From Pseudomonadota bacterium (lineage in GTDB: Bacteria > Pseudomonadota > Gammaproteobacteria > Burkholderiales > Burkholderiaceae_C), in assembly GCA_040384785.1 (NCBI GenBank), contig JAZKIR010000020.1, positions 3,152-67,151 of the forward strand: DNA of 64,000 bases, written 5' to 3'. Each line of letters opens with the position of its first letter. Within the stretch, counting starts at the first letter, position 1. A program made the translations under genes and the position numbers. This document shows, in pieces, positions 57,317 to 64,000 of this stretch. The notes under the pieces are model-generated. The model did not search any database, was not told the origin of the DNA, and saw nothing but the letters and a program-made list of their open reading frames with translations.

Positions 57317-59128
57317 TCAAACCAGCCCATGTTTCCTTGCCCGATACGCCAGCTTGGGTCGCGTGGTGTTCAGCAACCGGGCGGCTGCGGACAGGTTGCC
57401 GTGTGCGGCGGTGATGGCGCGTTGTAGCGTTTCGCTCTCGGTCTGCTCCAGTGTCTGGGGTGCACTACTGCCGCTACCAACTTCAGGCGCAGCCCGCGCA
57501 GCATTCAGATTCAGCGTGCCCGAGTCGGCTTGCAGCCGCAAGGTCATGACGTCTTCGCTCAAGGTCTCGCCGCTGGTGAACAGGTGGTGCAGGTCGATCA
57601 GGCCGTCCGTATCCGCCGTGATCACGGCGCGCTCCACCAGGTTTTGCAGTTCGCGGATATTGCCTGGAAAGTCGTAGTTCAGCAGCGCCCGCACGGCGGC
57701 CTGGCTGAAGCCCCGGACCGCGCAGGCGTGTTTGTGCCGGTAGTGGTTCAAGAAGTGGTTCATCAGCAGGGGGATGTCGTCGCGCCGCTCGCGCAGCGGC
57801 GGCAGGTGGATGGGGAACACATTCAGACGAAAGAACAGATCCTCGCGGAACTTGCCGTCGCGTACGGCCTGGCGCAGGGCTTCGTTGGTGGCGGCCACCA
57901 CACGCACGTCGACCGCAATGCTGCGTGTGCCACCCACGCGTTCGATCTCGCCCTCTTGTAGCGCACGCAGCAGCTTGCCCTGGGCCACAAAACTGAGCGT
58001 GCCAATCTCGTCCAGAAACAATGTGCCACCACTGGCGCGCTCGAAGCGGCCGGGCCGCGAATGGCTGGCGCCGGTGTAGGCACCGCGCTCCACGCCAAAC
58101 AGTTCGGACTCGATCAGCGTGTCCGGTATCGCAGCGCAGTTGACCGCCACAAACGGCTGGTCCTTGCGCGGGCTGATCTTGTGCAACATGCTGGCGAACT
58201 TTTCCTTGCCCACGCCGGATTCGCCGGTGAACAGCACCGTTGCCGACGTGCGGGCCACACGGCTCAACTGGTGGCAGGCCGCGTTGAAGGCAGACGAGGC
58301 GCCCACCATGGCGTCACCGGCCACGGCGGCAGCCGTGGGTAGCTCGGCGGCCTTGGCGGGTGGGCGGGCGTAGGCGGCGGTGTCGACAAACTCCTTGGCG
58401 TTGAGGTAACGCATGTCCTCTTCCACGTCGTCCCATAACTCGGCCGATTTGCCCAGCACGCGGCAATGTGCGTCACCCATGGACCGGCATTCGATTTCGC
58501 GGAACACAACCAGGCAACCCAGCAGCGTGCTGACGTAACCGGTGGCATAACCCACCTGCATCCAGCAGGCTGGCGAGCCACCAATGCCGTAGGCGGCAAT
58601 GTGTTCATCGTCCTCGCTGGCGTTGTGCCACAGGAATTCACCCTCGTAACGGCTGGTGTCGGGGTCATACGACGCACGCACCAGCTCCACCTTCACCACG
58701 CCCTCCAACGCGTGCAGGCGGGTGCCGGCAATGGCGGCGGCCAGCGGGTCGGCGTCGGGCCATTGTTTGCGCACCAGTTGCGCGTCGCGGGCGCCGCTGA
58801 CATAACCGGCGCGCGTGAAGAGGCCCCGGGCGCGCTCCTGGCCTAGGCTGTCGATCATTTCGCGGCGCAGCGAACCCAGCGCCTCGGTGTGCAGCAGCAC
58901 CATGCGCTGGTCTTGCAACCAGATGCGCCCGTCACCGGGCGAAAAGAACAGGCACTCGCTGATGTCGGCCACGCTGGGGTGAGCGGCGCTGATGGCTGCG
59001 GCGCCACTGGCCGTAGCGCTGGTGAAGCTGCCCATGGCCTTGGCCACGGCGGTGCTGTCGAAGTTGCCCAAGGTGGTTCCGGTGGCACGGGCCACATCGG
59101 CCAGGGAAATCCGCTTGGATGTTGTCAT
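57317..59128 (-). CDS. sigma54-dependent activator, XylR/DmpR type (XylR_N, V4R, AAA+, Fis HTH)
   Basis: [30 protein letters not shown] and FPGNIREL motifs. Confidence 0.92.
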   Translation of the reverse strand: MTTSKRISLADVARATGTTLGNFDSTAVAKAMGSFTSATASGAAAISAAHPSVADISECLFFSPGDGRIWLQDQRMVLLHTEALGSLRREMIDSLGQERARGLFTRAGYVSGARDAQLVRKQWPDADPLAAAIAGTRLHALEGVVKVELVRASYDPDTSRYEGEFLWHNASEDDEHIAAYGIGGSPACWMQVGYATGYVSTLLGCLVVFREIECRSMGDAHCRVLGKSAELWDDVEEDMRYLNAKEFVDTAAYARPPAKAAELPTAAAVAGDAMVGASSAFNAACHQLSRVARTSATVLFTGESGVGKEKFASMLHKISPRKDQPFVAVNCAAIPDTLIESELFGVERGAYTGASHSRPGRFERASGGTLFLDEIGTLSFVAQGKLLRALQEGEIERVGGTRSIAVDVRVVAATNEALRQAVRDGKFREDLFFRLNVFPIHLPPLRERRDDIPLLMNHFLNHYRHKHACAVRGFSQAAVRALLNYDFPGNIRELQNLVERAVITADTDGLIDLHHLFTSGETLSEDVMTLRLQADSGTLNLNAARAAPEVGSGSSAPQTLEQTESETLQRAITAAHGNLSAAARLLNTTRPKLAYRARKHGLV

Positions 59129-59308
59129 CGTCTCGCCCACTATTTTGATGGTTTGGACAAATGTAGCGGCATTTTTTAACCAAATGGTAAAAATTTTTGC
59201 GTCAAATTGACGCTGCTGCAGCGCAATAAATCCGCCTAGGGTATGTCCCTAATTTCCCCAGCATGCGGCGGTCTGGCACGGGCATTCGCAGCCCGGTGCT
59301 GGCACAGC

Positions 59309-59325
59309 TTGGCCCAGGCATTGCA
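59309..59325 (+). promoter_or_regulatory. sigma54 -24/-12 promoter
   Basis: TTGGCCCAGGCATTGCA has GG-N10-GC spacing; UAS-like TTGGACAAAT and TTAACCAAAT lie upstream. Confidence 0.6.
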
Positions 59326-59384
59326 ATGCATAGATACGCCACACGGATGTGGTGACCTGATCAAACAACCCAAGGAGACAGCGA

Positions 59385-60839
59385 ATGGGAGCTTCCGAAA
59401 CCATTGCATTTTTGAATTTTTCCGGCCTGGCGCCCACCCCCAAGGGCGGTGGTGTGCGCGAGGTGTTGGAGCCCGCCACTGGGCGCCTGTTGTCGACCGT
59501 GGGCATTGCCAATGCGGCCGATATGGCGGTGGCCACGCAGGCTGCGGCTGCCGCGCAAAAGTCTTGGGTGGCGGTGCCACCGCGTGAAAAGGCCGAGGTG
59601 TTCCGCCGCGCCGGTGCGCTGTTTTTGCAGCACTTTGACGAACTGGCCTTGTACGCCACGCGGGAGACCGGTGGCATCCTGCCCAAGGGCCAACACGAGA
59701 TTCGCGAGGCCATCACCATCTGCCACCTGGCCGCTGCCATGCCACTGCAATCGCAAGGCCATGTGTTGCCCAGTGTGCCGGGTCGCACCAGCATTGCGCG
59801 GCGTGTGCCGCACGGTGTTGTGGGTGTGATTTCGCCGTTCAACTTTCCGCTGATCCTGACCCTACGCGCCGTGGCTCCGGCCTTGGCTGCCGGCAATGCC
59901 GTTGTCATCAAGCCCGACAGCCGCACACCGGTGACCGGCGGTCTGATGATTGCCCGCGTCTTTGCCGAGGCCGGTTTGCCCGAGGGCCTGTTGCAGGTCC
60001 TGCCGGGTGACGCCGAGGCCGGCGAGGCCCTGGTGACCGACCCGCTGGTGCCGATGATTGCGTTCACCGGCTCACCTGCAGTCGGTCGCCGCATTGGTGA
60101 GCTGGCGGGCAGGCACCTGAAGAAGGTGTCGCTGGAATTGGGTGGCGCGAATTCGTTGCTCATCTTGGATGACGCCGATCTGGATATTGCCGCCAGCAAC
60201 GCGGCCTGGGGCGCCTACCTGCACCAGGGGCAGATCTGCATGGCCTCCAACCGCATCCTGGTGCAGCGCGGCATTGCGCAAGAGCTGATCCAGCGGCTGG
60301 TTGGCAAGGCCACCCATTTGCCGGTGGGTGATGGCGCCAGCGGCCAGGTGGCCCTGGGACCGCTGATCGATGCCAAGCAGCGCGACCGTGTGCACGCCAT
60401 CGTGCAAGACAGCATCCAGGCCGGTGCCAAGCTGGAAGCCGGAGGCACGTTCGACGGCCTGTTCTACAAACCCACGGTGTTGTCCGGCGTGAAGCCCGGC
60501 ATGCGTGTGTTTGACGAGGAAACCTTTGGCCCGGTGGCCAACATCATCACCTTCGACACCGATGAGGAGGCCATCGCGCTGGCCAACAACAACACCGGCA
60601 GCCTGGCCTGCGCCGTCATTTCCAAATCGCTGGGCCGTGCCATGGCCATGGGCCAGCAGCTCAAGTGCGGCATGGTGCACATCAACGACCAGACGGTGAA
60701 CGACGACTGTGTCAACCCCTTTGGCGGCCCCGGCATCGCCGGCAACGGCAGCAGCGTGGGCGGCCCCGCCGACTGGGAGGAATACACCCAGTGGCAGTGG
60801 ATGACCATCAAGGACACGGCCCCGATGTACCCGTTCTGA
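59385..60839 (+). CDS. Benzaldehyde-type aromatic aldehyde dehydrogenase
   Basis: ISPFNFP, LELGG, HQGQICM and ETFGPV motifs. Confidence 0.85.
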   Translation: MGASETIAFLNFSGLAPTPKGGGVREVLEPATGRLLSTVGIANAADMAVATQAAAAAQKSWVAVPPREKAEVFRRAGALFLQHFDELALYATRETGGILPKGQHEIREAITICHLAAAMPLQSQGHVLPSVPGRTSIARRVPHGVVGVISPFNFPLILTLRAVAPALAAGNAVVIKPDSRTPVTGGLMIARVFAEAGLPEGLLQVLPGDAEAGEALVTDPLVPMIAFTGSPAVGRRIGELAGRHLKKVSLELGGANSLLILDDADLDIAASNAAWGAYLHQGQICMASNRILVQRGIAQELIQRLVGKATHLPVGDGASGQVALGPLIDAKQRDRVHAIVQDSIQAGAKLEAGGTFDGLFYKPTVLSGVKPGMRVFDEETFGPVANIITFDTDEEAIALANNNTGSLACAVISKSLGRAMAMGQQLKCGMVHINDQTVNDDCVNPFGGPGIAGNGSSVGGPADWEEYTQWQWMTIKDTAPMYPF

Positions 60840-60878
60840 CCTCACCATCTTTCAGTTTTCAAAAAAACAGGAGCACAC

Positions 60879-61646
60879 ATGAGTCTGCAAGGAAAAACCA
60901 TCGTCATCACAGGCACCTCGTCCGGCATCGGTGCCGAAGTGGCCAAGCTCGCCCGCTTCCAGGGCGCCACCGTCATCGGCATGGACCGCAACGACCCCAG
61001 CCTGACGCTGGACCACTTCATCAAAGCCGATCTCGGCACGGCCGAGGCCATTGATACCGCCGTGGCGCAACTGCCGGATCACATTGATGCGCTGTGCAAT
61101 GTGGCTGGTGTGCCCGGCACGGCTGCTGGCGAGCTGGTGGCCCGCGTCAACTACCTGGGCGTGCGCCACCTGACCGAAAAAGTCTTGGCCCGCATGCCGC
61201 GTGGCGGCAGCATCGTCAACGTGGCTTCGATCCTGGGGGCAGAGTGGCCGCAGCGTCTGGCGCTGCACAAGGAGCTGGCGGTGATGAAGAGTTTTGCCGC
61301 TGGCGCCCACTGGCTGCGCGACCACCCGGTGCCGCAGGAGACGTGTTACCAGTACTTCAAGGAAGCGCTGATTGTGTGGAACGCCACGCAGTCGCAGGAG
61401 TGGTTCATGGGCAAAGGCGTGCGCATGAACTGCGTGGCACCCGGCCCGGTGTTCACACCCATTTTGGGTGACTTTGTGCAGATGCTGGGCCAGGACCGCG
61501 TGCAGGCCGATGCCCACCGCATGTTGCGCCCCGGCTTTGCCGACGAGATTGCTCCGGTGATCGCCTGGCTGTGCAGCGATGCGGCGCGCTGGGTCAGCGG
61601 CGTCAACATCCCGGTCGATGGCGGCCTGGCCTCGACCTATCTCTGA
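60879..61646 (+). CDS. SDR, coniferyl-alcohol/3-alpha-hydroxysteroid dehydrogenase-like
   Basis: TGTSSGIG, NVAGVPG, YQYFKEAL and PGPVFTPIL motifs. Confidence 0.8.
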   Translation: MSLQGKTIVITGTSSGIGAEVAKLARFQGATVIGMDRNDPSLTLDHFIKADLGTAEAIDTAVAQLPDHIDALCNVAGVPGTAAGELVARVNYLGVRHLTEKVLARMPRGGSIVNVASILGAEWPQRLALHKELAVMKSFAAGAHWLRDHPVPQETCYQYFKEALIVWNATQSQEWFMGKGVRMNCVAPGPVFTPILGDFVQMLGQDRVQADAHRMLRPGFADEIAPVIAWLCSDAARWVSGVNIPVDGGLASTYL

Positions 61647-61682
61647 CAGCTTCCAAAAAACGAAAAAAGAGGAGACAACACC

Positions 61683-62822
61683 ATGAAAAAAACTATTCTG
61701 GGCACCGCGCTCGCAGCGGCGCTGCTGGCCCTGGCGTGTACCGCGCACGCCGACATCACCATCGGCGTGAACCTATCGCTGACCGGCCCGCTGTCCTCGC
61801 TGGGGCTGCCGGTCAAGACCTCGTTGGACCTGTGGCCCGAGCGCATAGGCGGCGAGAAGATCAAGCTCATCGTGCTGGACGATGGCTCCGACACCATAGG
61901 CGCGGTCAAGAACACACGCCGCTTCATCATCGAAAGCAAGGTGGACCTGTTGCTGGGCTCGTCGGGCGTGCCGGCGGTGCTGGCCATGGCGCCGGTAGCG
62001 GCGGAGACACGCACCGTGCAGTTGGCTTTTGCTCCAGCTCCGCGCCCCGGTGGCAAGGACGACTGGACCTTTCCGCTGCCGCAGCCGGTGTCGCTGATGT
62101 CGGACGCCGTGGCCAAACGCATGGTGGCCGACAAGGTGAAGAAGGTCGCATTCCTGGGTTGGAACGAGGGTTATGGCGAGATGTGGCTGCAGGCCTTCAC
62201 CGCCTCGGCCAAGAAGGCCGGGCTGGAGATCGTATCCACCGAGCGTTTCGCACCACCCGACACCGCCATCACATCGCAGGCCTTGCGCGCCATTGCCAGC
62301 AAGCCCGACGCCGTGCTGATCGTCGGTGCCGGATCGGCCGCGGCGATGCCGCAAATCAACCTGCGCGAACGGGGCTGGAGCGGCCTCATCTACCAGACCC
62401 ATGGTGCGGCATCGCCCGACCTGGTGCGTGTGGGTGGCAAGGCGATGGATGGCGCGATTTTGCCCGCGGGCCCGGTGCTGGTGGCCGAGCAATTGGCCGC
62501 CAACAACCCCATCAAGCCAGTCGCCATCGAATACGTGAACGCGTTTGAGAAGACCCACGGCGCCAACTCGCGCACGCAGTTTGGCGCGCACGCCAACGAC
62601 GCGCTCAAGGTGTTGCAACGCATCGTGCCGGTCGCGTTGAAGAAGGCCAAGCCGGGCACGCCCGAGTTCCGCCAGGCGCTGCGTGATGCGTTGGAGAGCG
62701 AAAAAGAAATCGTCATTTCACACGGCGTTCTCAACTTCACACCCACCGACCACATTGGTTTTGATGAACGTGCCGTCGTGATGCTGAAGATAGAAGGCGG
62801 GCAATTCGTGCTGCAACGCTGA
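61683..62822 (+). CDS. ABC substrate-binding protein (branched-chain/aromatic-acid type)
   Basis: Signal peptide; LSLTGP, LDDGSD and QTHGAA motifs. Confidence 0.85.
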   Translation: MKKTILGTALAAALLALACTAHADITIGVNLSLTGPLSSLGLPVKTSLDLWPERIGGEKIKLIVLDDGSDTIGAVKNTRRFIIESKVDLLLGSSGVPAVLAMAPVAAETRTVQLAFAPAPRPGGKDDWTFPLPQPVSLMSDAVAKRMVADKVKKVAFLGWNEGYGEMWLQAFTASAKKAGLEIVSTERFAPPDTAITSQALRAIASKPDAVLIVGAGSAAAMPQINLRERGWSGLIYQTHGAASPDLVRVGGKAMDGAILPAGPVLVAEQLAANNPIKPVAIEYVNAFEKTHGANSRTQFGAHANDALKVLQRIVPVALKKAKPGTPEFRQALRDALESEKEIVISHGVLNFTPTDHIGFDERAVVMLKIEGGQFVLQR

Positions 62823-62888
62823 GACACACACAGAAGAAAACACACCGGACGCCAAGTCCGGGCCACCCCCCTTAACAGGAGACAAACC

Positions 62889-64000
62889 ATGAAACTTCGC
62901 CGCACCTGGGTAGCGGCAGCGGTAGCGTTCGCGCTGCCGGCTGCACACGCCTTCGACATTGACACGCAGAACTCGGATTTCAAGATCCGGCTCGACCTGA
63001 CACCCAAATACAGCACGGCCAACCGCCTGAAAGACCCGTCGCCGGAACTGACACGTTTTGATGTGACGACCGACCCCGGCACCATCAACGAGGACGATGG
63101 CAACCACAACTTCCAGAAGGGCCAGATCTCCAACCGCTGGGACCTGCTGGCCGAGCTGGATGTGAGTGGTAAAAACTTTGGTGGCCGCATCAGCGCAACC
63201 GCCTGGCACGACAGCGTGTACCTGCGCAAGAACAGCTACCGGGGCACACCGGTCAACGTCGGTAGCAATGTGGTTGGCAACTATCCGCTGGCCAATAACT
63301 ATGTCGCCACACAGGCCCCCGACGACTTCTTGCCATCGACCCGCGCACAACACGGGCAGGGCAGCGAGATTCTGGATGCCTTTGTCTACTTCAAAGGCGA
63401 CATCCACAACATGAAGGGCACACTGCGCGTCGGCAAACACACGCTGCAGTGGGGTGAGAGCCTGTTCTTCGGCCAGAACGGCATTGCCAACGCGCAGGGG
63501 CCGGTGGATGTGGCCAAGATTGTTTCGGTACCGGGCTGGCAGTTCAAGGAAGTGCTGCTGCCGGTGGAGCAGGTATCGGGCTCGCTGCAATTGGCCGAAG
63601 GCCTGTCGTTGGGCGCTTACTACCAACTCAAGTGGCGTGCCAGCAAGATACCGGGTGTTGGCAGTTATTTCTCCAACCAGGACTATGTGGGCACCGGCGT
63701 CGTCAATTTTGGCAATGACACCAAAGGCAACCCTATCCTGTTGACCAACGACCCGGCCAAGGACTTCAGGCCGAGTGACTCCGGGCAGGGTGGTGTGCAA
63801 CTGCGTTGGAGCCCCACCGGCAGCGAATACGAGTTTGGCTTCTACGCCGCGCAGTACCACGACAAGACACCCGCCGTGCCGGTGTTCGATTTCGTCAACG
63901 GCAATGTGCACCTGGCCTACGCCAGCAACATCCGCACTGCGGGGGCCAGCGTGACCTCATCGGTGGGACAGCTCAACTGGGCGCTTGAAGGTTCGGTGCG
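62889..64000 (+). CDS. DUF1302-like outer-membrane protein (3'-truncated by the window edge)
   Basis: Open frame from ATG 62889 after AGGAG; signal peptide; DDGNHNF, LDAFVY, WGESLF and YYQLKW motifs. Confidence 0.75.
   Translation, partial: MKLRRTWVAAAVAFALPAAHAFDIDTQNSDFKIRLDLTPKYSTANRLKDPSPELTRFDVTTDPGTINEDDGNHNFQKGQISNRWDLLAELDVSGKNFGGRISATAWHDSVYLRKNSYRGTPVNVGSNVVGNYPLANNYVATQAPDDFLPSTRAQHGQGSEILDAFVYFKGDIHNMKGTLRVGKHTLQWGESLFFGQNGIANAQGPVDVAKIVSVPGWQFKEVLLPVEQVSGSLQLAEGLSLGAYYQLKWRASKIPGVGSYFSNQDYVGTGVVNFGNDTKGNPILLTNDPAKDFRPSDSGQGGVQLRWSPTGSEYEFGFYAAQYHDKTPAVPVFDFVNGNVHLAYASNIRTAGASVTSSVGQLNWALEGSV

Noticed and set aside
59080-59128. LacI-like first helix ([12 protein letters not shown]) at the N-terminus of the sigma54 activator
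   Set aside because: The recognition helix pattern does not follow; this is probably a variable leader.

Overview
A GC-rich betaproteobacterial chromosome segment, most like Comamonadaceae (Rhodoferax/Acidovorax type); this is an inference from gene content and repeat families. In order: (1) 1-5.9 kb, an accessory cluster of alpha/beta hydrolases, an SDR and a LysR regulator; (2) 6-21.4 kb, an oxidative L-arabinose/D-galactose locus with ChvE-LamB-GguAB uptake; (3) 21.4-29.5 kb, an AT-richer, integrase-free island carrying Gabija (gajA-gajB) and, upstream on the same strand, an uncharacterised coupled gene pair (a GHKL ATPase and a 730-aa protein with two PRTase-like domains), which is the best candidate for a new defence system; (4) 29.5-43.5 kb, dgoKA with the ytfQRT-yjfF transporter, then a xylose isomerase pathway with xylFHG and a ROK regulator; (5) 43.8-57.3 kb, accessory detoxification and fatty-acid genes, yefM-yoeB and a hypC/hypD relic; (6) 57.3-64 kb, a sigma54-controlled aromatic alcohol/aldehyde cluster. 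Seven copies of a modular palindromic MITE/REP-like element punctuate the sugar operons, and one is inserted in frame (49 codons) inside the xylose ABC ATPase gene. I recognised no rRNA, tRNA, CRISPR array, transposase or integrase. Annotations come from reading motifs by eye; no database searches were run.
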